Shown piece after piece: positions 14,739-30,124 of a stretch of DNA of 64,000 nt; within the stretch, counting starts at the first letter, position 1, and every line of letters begins with the position of its first letter. This stretch comes from the human T2T-CHM13v2.0 reference genome, Homo sapiens. The stretch lies in assembly GCF_009914755.1 (NCBI RefSeq), contig NC_060939.1; one strand, 5' to 3'. The position numbers and the translations under genes were made by a program. The notes under the pieces were generated by a model. That model saw only the letters and a list, made by a program, of their open reading frames with translations, ran no database searches and was not told the origin of the DNA.

Positions 14739-15447
14739 GATACATGTATTTGGGGTTTTCCAAATTAGCACCTGTCCTTGAAAAGAAATTTGATGCTGTC
14801 TTTTTAAAACCATAAAAATATTCATCATTTACCCAGAAATTTCATTTATGAGAATGTAGCTTAAGGAAATAATGGAAAGGAAGGACTAAAGTACTAGTTA
14901 AAGCTACCCACTGCTGGGTCTGTCTAGAACATCTAACCTGACCCTGGAAATGACCCCATGCCCAACATCAAAAGGACGGCTAGGTTAGCGCACGGCAGCC
15001 CACCCGCACGGCTGTATTAGTGCACGGACGGCTGCTAAGGATGGCTATATTAGTACACGGCTGTATTATGCACTCGACGGGGTCCTGGATGGCTGTTAAG
15101 AATATAAGTGACCAAGGTACACAAGCGGCCTGTGCCCAGCGGGCGTGCCACGTGCCTGCATGTGACCAGGCATGAGGGCACATGTCAGGATGCTGGGATT
15201 GCAGCTCACACTCCCTCCTGGCCCCTTTTCTTGCTTTCATTCTTTTCTTTCTCTCTTCTTTCCTTTAACTGAGGCCACAAGGACTTCTGCCTGTCCTCAA
15301 GAGGCTGGGAAGACAGCCTCCGAGTGGCACCTTCTGGCACGTGGAGAGAGGAGGAAATGCATGAAACCACTTCCCAGCTTTCTTCCTCATTTGCAAACCC
15401 TTGCTCTTCCTCTCAGCTCCTGTGAACCCCAAAACAACAACAAAATA

Positions 15448-15488
15448 GCATCGTCGTCATCATCATCGTCACCATCGTCATTGTCGTC
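15448..15488. repeat. (TCR)n trinucleotide microsatellite
   Basis: catcgtcgtcatcatcatcgtcaccatcgtcattgtcgtca. Confidence 0.8.
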
Positions 15489-16058
15489 AAACCCAGAGCC
15501 AAGCTATACTTCCTCCCCAGTGAGTCCACGTTTCCCTGCAGGCCCTGCCCTGAGACCCCAGCTCCGGAGAGACCTGTCACTGGAAAGTGTCTCGGAAGCC
15601 AACTCCACCACTCGCTGGGGCTTTCCTTCCCTTCCTCAGGGGAGCAGAGGAGCTAATTGTCCAAAGGCCAAGCCACCTGCTGGGTTGCCCAAGGAATACA
15701 GGCCAGTCCAACCGGGGACAAGCACGTTAGACAGAAAAATAAAATTCCAGATCCAAAGGGGAAGCTGACAGCAGTGCATCAGGGGCACACCCACCCAGGG
15801 TGGACAGCAAAGTAGGCACAGGGGGCTCCACGGCAAGTCAGAGCTGAGTGTTCCTGGCAGGTGTGGGCCAGGAACTTGACCCAGAGCTCGCTACCCAAAC
15901 ATCCAAGTCACTGCCTGCTCTGGGTGAGGGGGTGCTTGGGACCACAGCTGGGGGAGGATCCTCAAGCACAAAACCAAAAAGCACCAACCCTAAGGACAAG
16001 ATCGACCAGCCTGACCGCGTTACATTTATGAACTTCTGTTATCAAAAGACACCATAAA

Positions 16059-16225
16059 GGCCGGGTGCTACGGCTCATGCCTGTAATCCCAGCACTTTGG
16101 GAAACCAAAGCAAAGGGATCACTTCAGGCCAGGAGTTCAAGATCATCCTGGCCAACATGGCGAAACCTCATCTCTACTAAAAAATAAAAAATAATAAGAA
16201 TAAATAAAAAATAAAAGTAAAAAAA
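16059..16225 (+). mobile_element. Alu left monomer with A-tail
   Basis: TSD-like aaaagacaccataa / aaaagacgtcataa. Confidence 0.88.
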
Positions 16226-16758
16226 GACGTCATAAAGAGGGAAAAGACAAGTCACAAGCTGACAATATTTCAACAATAATGAGCAACACAGAATTTGTAT
16301 TCAAAATACAGAAAGAACCCCGCTAATCTAATAAGGAAAAGATAAACAATATAATAGGAAAATGAGCAAAAGACTCAGAGGGGCATTTACAAATGAGGAA
16401 ACTCAAATTGCAAAGACGTGAAAAGCTGCTTAGCCTGAAATGCAAAAGAAAGTCAAGAGGAGAATGGGAAGCAACAGGAAATACATACCTGTCCTGAGAG
16501 GAAGCACATCTGCTGTCGGGCGTAACCACAGTGAAAACGCTGCACACGGGCACGAAAGGACAGAGAGTGTCTGTACAGCACGGTCCAAAACACAAAACAC
16601 TGGCCATGGTCCAAAGAACCCTCAAAAGTAAACTCAACTATTTTTTAAACTGTACAGTCATTCAATGGAATCTAACATTCATTCAATGGACGCATGTGTC
16701 AAAAATCATAATTTTGAGCAACAGTGAGGAGAACACAGAATTTAAAAAGAATACCTGC

Positions 16759-17112
<354 letters not shown>

Positions 17113-17159
17113 TTATTTATATAAAGTACAGAAATAAGAAAAACTCTATAATGCATTAA

Positions 17160-17559
<400 letters not shown>

Positions 17560-18770
17560 TGATGTCTGTGCAGTATAAAACACCGCACCATTGTTTGTGA
17601 TTGAAAAGGCTGAAATGACTTGTGTCCATCTGTAGGAACTGGCTCAATAAACAAAGATGCATTAAGGTTCATTGTGCAAAAGTTAAACAAAAACAACCAC
17701 TCAGTAGAGGCTGTCTGCATAAACAGACCCGGGTATATTGACAAGTGTGAGAAATACAACCAAGCGTAGAACAGGCCGGGTCGCATGCTTTCCTCTTCTA
17801 CAGGCAATGAGGAAAATAAGAACACTGTCTTGTTTGTCTTTGCCTGTTTTTGCTCACAAACCCAGGGTGACCGTTTGTCCTGTCTCAGTTGGTGCCTGCC
17901 TTTCTGGCACAACTTGATCACACCTTTCACTCTTAGCAAGGTCCTGGTTTGAAGGATGAATTACATGGGCCACCCTACTCAAAACCCACTTCACCTCCAT
18001 CCCTAGCACACAGCTAGCCTGCATTTTCCCATCTGCCCTGCAGGGGTCTGGCCATGGGCACCAGCTCTAGGCAACGGCGTCTCAGTGGAAGTTACACCAT
18101 GGCTCTCGGACCTGGACCGGAGAGCTCTGCCCTGTGAGATCCTTCCTCCTCCAGCTGTCTGGGCGCCAAGGCCCAGGGCAGCCTCGGAAGCCCTGAGCTG
18201 AAGCTGGCAGAGCCCCTGGCAGCCGGGTCCCGGAATGACTGTGGGAGCCCGGCCTCCCGTCCTCCCTGCCTGCCTCTGCTGACCTGCACTGGCTAGGATT
18301 TTTGGGGTGGGTAGAAATCAACTTCAATTGTTTTTGAGCCATCAGGCATTGGGGGGTCTATTTGTTACAGCAGTCACCCTAACTAATACAACTAATTTTA
18401 TTTTATTTTATATTTATTTTATTTATTTATTTTATATTCTTACTAAAACACAAAATAAAGGTACAAACTTTTCAATATACTAATTTGTAGGATTTATGTA
18501 TTAATTTGTAGGGTATATTTTACAGGAGCTGGCCAGGACCAGGCTCAAGGCCACAGTGGGAGCACCGTCCAGGCTCCTCAGGGACCAGGATAGCTGCCTT
18601 TCATCAGGCTTAGGGTCCCTGGGTTTTCCCTCTTCACCCAGGAGACCATGGGGCTGGAACGCTCTGCAGAGGGGGATTGGGAGACTAAGAGGGAGATGCC
18701 CACGTCTCACAAGAAGAAACTGAGTTTTGCTAGCCAACGGACAGAAAAGCTGCAGGGAGCTGTGGTCTCA

Positions 18771-19335
18771 TATATACACGTATGTGCACATACACACACA
18801 TGCCCCTGGTGCACATGTGGACCTGATGCATCTGCATGTGAGCTTTCACCTACACACGCACCTGTGCGCTCATACACAAACCCCTGCACCCACACACACC
18901 TGTATACCCCCACAGGCACCTATATACCCACACACACACCTATACACCCCCACACACCGTGCACACATACTCCTGCGCACCCACACACACCCTTGAAGTC
19001 ACACACTCTTTTGCACCCACACATGCCTCTGCACACACACATTTGTGCACCCCCACACACCCCTGCACCCACATGCACTCCTGTTCCCACATGCACACCT
19101 GTGCACCCACACACACACACCCTGTGCACCTACACACACTCCTCTACACACACATACCTGTGCTACCACACATGTGTCCATGCACCCACACACACACACC
19201 TGTGCACCCAAACACAACCATGCACACACACACCCCTGCACGCACACATTCCCAGGAACTCACACACACACAGCTGTGCACTCACACATACCTGTGCACC
19301 TGCACACACACTTGCACCCACACGCGCACCCACAC
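18771..19335. repeat. ~560-bp degenerate (CA)n / tgcacccacacac low-complexity block
   Basis: Repeated cacacacac/tgcaccc motifs; source of the His/Thr and Cys/Val ORFs. Confidence 0.92.
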
Positions 19336-19872
19336 GTCCCCCTGCCCCGTGACTACGGAGGTGACTTGGGCCATCCCTAGAGCCCCAGGTGGGAAGCGCC
19401 GATTGGATCAGCCTGACGAGTCCGGGTTTAGCAGTTGTTTCCCCGCTAATTTGAGCTGCTTGCAAACAGGAGCTAGTTATCTCTTCTGGGGTTGGTGAGG
19501 AGTGCAGATGGGGGGTGTGCAGAAGGAGCCCAGCCCATCTTCACAGGCCCTTCTGGGAGCTGCAAGGACCCAGGTGCCGGGTTTCCTTGGCACAGACCCA
19601 TCAGGGTTGGGCTGGGTGGGAGAGAACCTGCCAGGTCTTCCTCCGGCAGGAAGTGCCCTTCCCCTTCGCCCCCCAGCATCTCCGCCCACCTAGAGGAGAC
19701 CTGGGCCTTGGGAGGAAGAAGGATGAACTCTGACAACTAACTGCCCCACTCCCGCCCTTCTCATTTTCTTTAAAACTCTCAACAGGCCCCACTCCCCCAC
19801 TCCCCCACTAGGAAAGTAATAGATGTTTTTTGAAGGGAATTGGGAAACATTAAGGTTCAAGGAAGAGCATGA

Positions 19873-20253
<381 letters not shown>

Positions 20254-20299
20254 TGTTGCTGAGGTTCTTTATGGGGGTTTGTGTTTTGTTTTTGTTTCT

Positions 20300-20697
20300 G
20301 TGATGAGAGATACAGAGCACAGAATGTATCACCGTAACTACTTCTTCAGCTGTGCGGAGCCGTGGCCTTGAAGTCCACGCAGGCTGTTGTGCTACCGTCA
20401 CCAGCAGCATTCCGGACAGAGCCCTTTCATCTCACCCAGCTGAAACCCCGGACCCATCAAACACCAAAGCCCCACGCCTCCCCCAGCCCCGGGCAGCCTC
20501 CACTCTACATCTGTCTCTGGGACTCCGACTACTCCAGTGGAGTCACACACTATTTGTCCTTCACGCCTGGCTTTTCTCCCTCAGCACAACGTCCTCCAGG
20601 TCCGTTCACGTGGTAGCGCGCGTCAGAATCTCCTTCCCGTGTAAGGCTGAATACTATTGCGTTATATGTATCACTGCATTTTGCTTGTTCTTCCATC
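20300..20697 (-). mobile_element. L1MB-type 3' UTR fragment, unusually GC/CpG-rich
   Basis: tatttgtccttcacgcctggctt...gtcagaatctccttcccgtgtaaggctgaatactat aligns in reverse to the L1MB copy at 26540-26650. Confidence 0.75.
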
Positions 20698-20712
20698 AAA
20701 GCTGGGTTTTTT

Positions 20713-21097
<385 letters not shown>

Positions 21098-22051
21098 TCA
21101 CAATAAAGTCTTGAAGAAGGTGCAAGACCAAGAAATAGAATAATGTGAATATGTGTTTGCGGGGCCAGGTGAGACAAAGGGGAGAAGGGAGGGTGGAAAT
21201 CAGCAGGGGGGAGGAGGTGGGAGCCGGAGTCAGTCATCAGGTGAGCAGCATGGAGGTGGGTGGGGGACCTGGCAGGGCCACGGGTGGATTCTCCAGTGAC
21301 CTGGGCCTGCAGACTACCCACTGCCCGACAGTCTTGGACACCTGGAGGGGGCTGGGGTAAAGGCAAGACCTTGCCCCTAATTGAGGGTACCAGAACCAAC
21401 AAACCGGGGAATTTCTTGGGAGTCTCCCTAAGAAGAAAGGACATGTGGCCACTATTAGACGCTCACATATCTGTGGTCAAAACCTCTGGCCAACAGCAGG
21501 TGGGTTCACTGGAAAAGACAGTTAAAGTGGGCATCGTAAAATAAAACCTCTGATAGTGTAAAGCTTTTAACTGGAAACACACTTAGTGCCTACACGTGGA
21601 GGTAGGTTTGAGGCCCAGGAATGCTGGGAAGGAGCCACTCCGCGGGACTCCACATCAGCATTTTTGCATAAATCATTTCCGTAATGTCTATTCACGACTT
21701 CCAGCTTGCTTCTCTTTAAGGCGGAACCAGAATTTAAAGACTCGTGTGACGCGAGCAACCTGAGGCTCCCCTGGGACTGGGCTTCCCCGGACTTGCACAG
21801 CTGTCTTGCCGCCATCTGATCTGACAATGATTTTTGTAAAATGATTCAGCTTGAGAAAGGTTTCCAAGGCATTCACTTATATGTCTTAGAAACACCAATT
21901 CATTCTTATTACCCTCATATCTCATTGGTTTACACTAAATTTAATTAGATGACATCACTATTATAGCAAGTGCAACGGGCAAGAGCAAGCTTAGGAGTAA
22001 ACCCACGGACCGTCGGGGGTGGCTCGGCGTGCTCTGCAGGTGAGCTGGTGA

Positions 22052-22454
<403 letters not shown>

Positions 22455-25004
22455 TGGTTTTTGTTTTGTTTTTGTTTGTTTGTTTGTCTTTTAAAGCAAA
22501 CCACATAAAAGGATTTACACCAAAAAGTCAGTCTCTCCCATCCATGGCCCAGTTCCTTTCCCAAAGGCACTCAACCGCAGCCACGGGTTCCATGCAGACC
22601 GTGTAGAGAATCATAGATGTCAACACCACCTTAGCATGGTGTCGTAAGTATTTTTTCTGAAGCCATTCCTTGCTTGGAGGAGAAGGGAGCATTTTATTTT
22701 CTGCTTCTCCACGGGGTTCCCCCAGCATCCTGAGATCACCTCCAATGCTGTGCTGGCATCTGATACAGTTCTGGGTTTCCCATGAGACCAGGAGTCCTGG
22801 GGGCAGCAGCTTGGTCTTATCCATCTTTGTTCCCCAGCTCCAAGCACAAGGAAGGTGCTCAGGAGGGGGCAGCACTGGAGGGAGCCAGGCATGTGGGTAA
22901 CCGGGGTGAAATGAGGGGTGCTAGCCCCCCAGGTCCCCAGAGGCGTGGGGACTCCTTAGCATCAGCACCAAGTATGGCCCAGAGCCTGGTGCAGCAAGGG
23001 CTCAGGCACGGGGACTCCCCAGCGCCAAGTGTGGCCCAGTGCCTGGCGCTGCGAGGGCTCAGGCTGAGGCCCCCAGGCCTTATGACCCTGCTCTCCACCA
23101 GCCAGGGAGAGAGGAAGGCCCTGAGGTGACCCAGACTGGAAAATGCAGCATTGATCCAGCCCCGAGTGCGAGGCTCTCTCCCCAACGATCCCATTCATTT
23201 TTCCCAACTATAAAGCATAGCTCTTTCCATTTCACAGCTGGGGAAACTGAGGCTCAGAGAAAAGCGCTTGTTCAAGACTCCCCACATACGACCAGGTCTG
23301 CCGAGAGTGCACGCTCCTCCCCACCCCGCAAAATGCCACTGGACGTGAAATGAACAAAGTCAAGTTCACGGTTGGCAGGCATCCGCACCCGCCTGGGACC
23401 AGGCCTCTGGGACCGGGCCGTTCTGCTGCTTGGAACTATTCCTCCCATTGTTCAGCCTCGTCCCCACTGCTGGAACCCACTGAACCTCACTCAGTCCTCT
23501 GACCCTCACCCAGAAAATGGGGACGCAGTTGTTGAGATGAGATGAAGCAATACTGTGAAAGCGCTTAGAGTAGTGCCTGATTCCGACCAAGCCCTCTCTA
23601 AGGTGAGCTGTTGATTCGGCATCAGCTTCACACCTTCTGAGCATCTCTCCCAGGCTGAGCTCCAGAGTCTGTGGCAGTTCGAAGCTGCGGAAGTGGCCCT
23701 GAGAGCACAGCTGGGGAACCGGGACATGCATGTACCCAAAACTAACATGGCAACGACTGAGTAACGCGGGGCACGCAACTTCCTGTGTGATACCTGGGTG
23801 TGCGAAACACTTGTTTTTCAAATAAACATTTCTAAACTTTAAAAAATCTGTCTTGGACTGAGCAAATAGTACCAGAACGCATTTCCTCAGTGTAAGCCCA
23901 GCGCCACACAAGTATAGGGAGTGGGTCTCCCCGCACTGCCCCTTCTCCGCCCTCCTAGAAGCGGTGCTGTTCACAGCTGTCTGCTTTTCCATCCACACAC
24001 CCCTCCCCAGCTGTGAGCCAGTTCAGCCTCAGTCATGTCCATGGTCACACGGGAACTGGGGGCTGATTTTTTCTGTGCAGTTTGGGAAGGGTCTGCGTCT
24101 TTGTCCACTGCAGCTGCCACTCCAGGGCTGTGCCACAGGCGAAGGGATCCAGCATTTGGGTACATCGTGCACGCCCCCTCTTGGCCCGCAAACTGAGGCA
24201 CCACGCTTGCACACTGAACAACACCCCTGAGCAATGCCCAGCCCCTTCCCCTGTCTCAAGTGTCTCAATTCCAGGGCCAGCCATTCCCCTACACCCCCCA
24301 CAAAGCATGCATCCTGTTCTCTGTTCCAGTGATCCAACCCCCCACTCACCACCCCACCAAGAGACTGAACCACCAGGGCCAGTGGCTCCCCATGGACACC
24401 CGGAGGCGGCTTCCCCTTCCTGGGCTGGGGGTGGAAAACCCTCTAGAGAGATCACAGCTGCAAAAGAATAAAGCCACACACTCAAAACCAACAACAAGGA
24501 AACACCAAGTCATTTTTTCCATCGCCACTCACCTTTTCACACTCTGTCTCTGGAAGCCCCTGTGGATCCCTGTGCTCCTTAGCCGGGGCTGGGCCTGTGC
24601 CCAAGGCTGCCCCGGAGGTGTGGGTGGAGGGTGTTGTCTTGGGCTGCCCCAGGGACCTCGGTCAGGGGCTGGGCAGGGAAGGGGATGCTGGATGTCTTCC
24701 TGGGCAGTTCATATCAGCTGCCACAGGATAAGCTTTCTCAGAGTGTTAAAAGAACACTCTAACACACAAGCTACACACAGAAGTGTATAGTACAGAGGTT
24801 CCCAAAGGGCACAGCGGGCAGGACGTTGGAGATCAGAGCACCTGGAAAGCCCCCTTCTCACCCCCTGACTACTGGGGCTCCCTAGAGGGAGCAGCTCTTC
24901 AGGCCAGATATAAAACAGAAAAGCGCAGATCTGAGCTTGACAGGACGAAAATTGGAAGGACAGACAGTTGGATGCATGGAGAGTTGGAACTGGGAAGAGG
25001 GATT

Positions 25005-25580
25005 TGCATTAGTCAGAATGTTTTCTGTTACCAGTGACAGAAACCCAATTCAGACCAGCTTAGGTGGAAAAAAAGAGGGTTGGGGTATGTTGTGGAATCT
25101 CTCGGCGTGTGCACCTGAAATATCCCGGGGTCGGCTGGTTTCAGGTATGGCTGGATCCAGGACTCAAGCAATGATCTCAGTCTCTCTCTCTCTCTCTCTC
25201 TCTCACTCACATTCTCTCTTCACTTTCCTTATCTTGACTTAGCTCTCATTTGTGCGTTGACCTTTCATGTCTTCCTGCAGATGGGTCATGCTATCAAGGA
25301 AGAGACCACCAGTAGCCCAGGCTTACATCATCCCAGCTCGGTAATCCAAGCAGAAAGAGACATTTTACTAATAGCCACATAAAGACCTGATTGGCTTGGA
25401 TCACAGGCCTACCCCTTGAGGCAACCCCTGACACCAGGGTGACGAGAGCACTAGCTCCGGGCAAGCCAGGCTCATGTGCCAGTGGCGTGGCCAGGAGAGA
25501 ATGGGACCATGACCCACAGTCCCACCAGAACTATTGCTGGAGATGGAGGAGGGTGGTTTTGTGCAGACAAGAAAAAGTCA
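25005..25580. mobile_element. Old LTR (LTR33/MLT1-like) with an internal (CT)n
   Basis: cattagtcagaatg...agtgacagaaacccaattcagaccagcttag is a typical old-LTR terminus; family uncertain. Confidence 0.5.
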
Positions 25581-26138
25581 GTCTGCTACAGCAATCCAAG
25601 CTGATGGTATGGAGTAAACAAAAGCCCAGAGATGGGAACAGCCAGCCAGGGCAAAGCATTCTTGCTGGGAGAAGCAGGAAATGAGAGGGAAGGTGGGTCA
25701 GGCCACCCACAGAGGGTCCCGGACACCCCACAGACAGCTCATCCTCTCCATCCACCACTCTCTCACTTTCTGTCAAAATCACCTCTGGATACAACTCAAC
25801 AACAACAACAAAATAAACATCCCAACTCAAAAGTGAGCAAAGGACTTGAATAGACATTTCTCCAAAGAAGATATACAAATGGCCAATAAGCACATGAAAA
25901 GATGCTTAAATCACTAATCATTAGGGAAATGCAAATTAAAACCATCTGAGATACCACTTTTCACTCAGTAGGATGGCTATTACAAGAGAACAAAAAAGGA
26001 AATAACCAGTGCTGGTGAGGATGTAGAGAAATTAGAACGCCTGTGCACTGCTGGTGGAAATGTGAAACGGTGTAGCCACTGTGGAAAACAGTACGGCATT
26101 TCCTCAATAAAATCAAAATAAAATTACTATGTGATCCT

Positions 26139-26548
<410 letters not shown>

Positions 26549-26836
26549 TTATTCAGCCTTAAGAAGAAAAAGATTCTGACATAAGCTATCACATGGATGA
26601 ACCTTGAGGACATTACGCTAAGCAAAATAAGCCAGGCACAAAAGGACAAATCCTATATGATTCCACTTGTGTGAGGTACCTGGAATAGTCAAATTTGTAG
26701 GGACAAAGTAGAATGGCGTTGTCAGGAGCTGGGAGCAGGGAGAACGGGGAGTTATTATTTAGTGGGTGTGGAGTTTCAATTTTGCTAAATGAAACAGTTC
26801 TCGGTGGTGATGGTGGCACAACAACGTGAACGCAGT

Positions 26837-27210
26837 TGTCTGAGTCAGCTTGGGCTGCTGTGACAAATAACATAGACCCAATGGCTTAAACAAAAGACAC
26901 TTATCTTCTCACAGTTCTGGAGCCTGGAAGTCCGAGATCACAGTACCAGCATGGCTAGGGGCTGATGGCGGTTCTCTTCCTGACTTGCAGACAGCAGCCT
27001 TCCTGCCTTGTGCTCATGTGGACTTCCCTCAGTGCAAGCACGTGGAGAAATCTGATTTCCTCTTCCTATAAGGATCTAATCCCATCATGAGGGCTCCACT
27101 CCCAAGACGTCAACCAAACCTAATCACCTCCCAAAGATCCCACCTCCAAAACCCATCATATTCAGAGTCAGGGCTTGAACACGAATTTGGCGGCGAGACC
27201 GTCTGTAACA
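26837..27210 (-). mobile_element. MLT1A-type MaLR solo LTR inserted in L1MB
   Basis: tgtctgagtcagcttgggctgct...cacagttctggagcctggaagtccgagatca...tgtaaca; the L1 sequence resumes afterwards. Confidence 0.8.
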
Positions 27211-28657
27211 GAACTTAATGTCACTGAAGTACACACTTAAAAATGGTTATGATGGTACATTTCATGTTATGTATATTTTACCACAATTTAAAGAAAAACT
27301 ATACAGGTAAAAAAAAAAACAATCACCTGCGGAGTGAGTTAAAGATTCAGGTCCTTGGGTTCCGTCATAGGGATCTGATGACTGGCTCTGAGCTGCAACT
27401 TGGGAGGGGCTGATCTTTTAGAGCTACAGGCAAATCCAAGACACAATACAGCTTGAGAAGTACACTTTAGGCACCAGGGAGCCATGGAAGGTTTTCAGCA
27501 GGGCGGTGGCTGGATGCAAGTTGAGGGTGATACGATGGTGTGCAGAAGAGGTTCTAAAACTGTCCTGTCCACACGGATAAGAGAGGAAAGGTGGGGAAAA
27601 GAAGGGAGCAAGTTATGGCGGGGCTGGGGTGAACAATCCCCAGAGCAGCACTGAACAGAAACCCGCTGACCTCAAGGTCATGGCCAGCCAGGCCAGCAGC
27701 CCCCTCTTAATGAAAGGGGAGCGAGCACCTTCCAGCTGGCTCTCCCAGAGCCACCCTGACAGAGGTGTCTTGCAGCAGGACCATCTGCAGACACAAAAAG
27801 AGCAGCTTCTTCCGCTGGAGGAAACCAGCAGGCATCACTGGGGCCCGGCCAGGGACAGAATCCAAGTTTCGGAGCAACCAGCAGGGACAAAGCCATCTGC
27901 AGTGTCTCAGCCAACACCTGCCAGGAGGGAAACAAGAAACCCTCACTGGGAACTGCACGGCTCTGCTCCCAGCCCTCTGGCCACTGAGGACCACTTATCA
28001 TTCAAGGGGACAGACCCTACGGGGAGGAGCAGAGCTGGGGCCCTCCGGAGGCCAGCCTCTCAAGAGCCATTTCTGGTGCTACCGGAGGAGCGAGGCCCTG
28101 TTCTGATCCGGAGACACTGCAGCGTCTATAGAAGGAAGAGGCCTTTGCCAGGTGAGATAAAGAGGTCAGTTTCTCCTGGGGCCTCTCTCTGCTGTCTAAA
28201 CACTTGCCAAGGCACCAAACCGGCTCTATCTAGAATGATAAGGAAGTGTGTGAACTCCAAGCCCCAAGGACAGGCACCCTCTTCCCCTCCAAGGTGAGTC
28301 CAGCCAGGTGGCAGTTGGATGCAACCAGAGAATGGTAGCAGAGGCAGGGGGCAGGGCAGGGCATCTTCTCTGCCACATAGAGAACATCAGATGGTGGCAG
28401 GGGCAGATGGGAGTTTATGTTGGCTCTTGGGTCCCACTGCCAACAAAGTGATCACTTGGAAGAATGATTTCAGAAGGCCGATGTCTGTGCACTTAGTGGC
28501 AGTCTTCAGCCTCAGAGGTGCCCCTGAGGGTCCCTGCCTCCAGAAGGCCACTCCCAGAATGGCACCTGTCCAGGCCTCCACTGTTTATCTCCAGATAATC
28601 TTAGGTTTCCTTTTCTGTCCCCATTATCGTGCTGTTTGTAAAAACCTTAAACAGTAC

Positions 28658-29790
28658 TGTTATGGATTAAATTGTGTCCAATCCCCTCCCCAATTCATAA
28701 GTTGGAGTCCTAACCCCCAGTACCTCAGAATGTGACCTTATTTAGAAATACAGTCATTGCAGATGTAGTTAGTTAGGCTAAGATGAGGTCATGCTGGAAT
28801 AGAGTGGGCCCTAATACAACATGACAATTGTCCTTATGAAACCACCTTTGCAAAATTATGACCGAGACAGTGAAAGATCTAACTCAATCAACTCCACTTG
28901 CTTCTAACCTCCAAGCTGTCCTTGTTCATTCTTGGGCATAGGCTGAGCTAACTTTGGGAGAAACTTAGTTTATAGTTTATAGTTTGAAACAAAGATGATG
29001 GTAGCCTTTCCCCAAAGCAGACCTCCTTCTTGCCTGGGGACTAGATTGCCTTTGTAGGACTAACATTAGTCAAAAGATTAGAAATTATGGTTTAGGAGTC
29101 ATGCAGCTGGAGGCTACAAGATTCCCATCCTCCCTAAACTGCCCCTAAGATCAGTGCTTGAGATATTTTGCTGACCCTGCACTGGATGGATCAGCTGGCA
29201 CCACCCAGATCGATAAACTGGCTCATCGGATCTTGTGGCTCCCACCCAGGAACTGACTCAGCGCAAGAAGACAGCTCGGACTCCATTTGATTTCATCCCT
29301 GATCAGTCGGCACTCCCGGCTCACTGGCTTCCCTCCACCCACCAAGTTATTCTTAAAACCTCTGCTCCCTGAATGCTCGGGGAGACCGATTTAATAATAA
29401 AACTCCAGGCTCTTGCACAGCTGGCTCTGCATGAATTACTCTTTCTCTATTGCAATTCCCCTGTCTTGATGAATTGGCTCCATCTAGGCAGTGGACAAGG
29501 TGAACCCACTGGGAGATTACACTTACACAAAGCGGAAATTTGGACACAGAGACATGAGTCAAAGGAAGACAATGTGAAGACACAGAAGATGGCCCTTTGC
29601 AAGCCAAGGAGAAAGGCCTGGAACAGACCTTGAAGACCCTGGCTTGCAGACCTTCCCTCACAGCCTCAGAAGGAGCCCACCCTGCTGACACCTTGATTTT
29701 GGACTTCCAGCCCCAGAACTATGAGACAGTGTATTTCTGTTGTTTAAGCCATAGGTACCCAGCCTTTGTACTGTTTTCAGCAGCTCTAAA
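28658..29790 (+). mobile_element. MLT1B-type MaLR LTR split by LTR8
   Basis: tgttatggattaaattgtgtcc...cctcagaatgtgaccttattt, then resumes ggacacagagac...ccctgctgacaccttgattttggacttccagcc. Confidence 0.8.
28837..29521 (+). mobile_element. LTR8 (ERV1) full-length solo LTR
   Basis: TG...CA termini (tgaaaccacctttgcaaaattatg...gggagattaca), 685 bp, perfect 4-bp TSD CTTA (28833-36 / 29522-25), AATAAA near 29396. Confidence 0.9.
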
Positions 29791-29828
29791 TCCCCTCTAT
29801 TAAATGCCTTAGTGCTGAAAATGCCTGA

Positions 29829-30124
<296 letters not shown>

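Noticed and set aside
15172-15768. 198-aa ORF with poly-Ser
   Set aside because: The poly-Ser comes from a (TCR)n microsatellite; no domain or exon evidence.
18648-19498. His/Thr-rich and Cys/Val-rich ORFs resembling metal-binding proteins
   Set aside because: Translation of a degenerate (CA)n block, open in many frames.
27629-28297. 222-aa ORF
   Set aside because: GTG start, no recognisable domain, GC-rich context where such lengths arise by chance.
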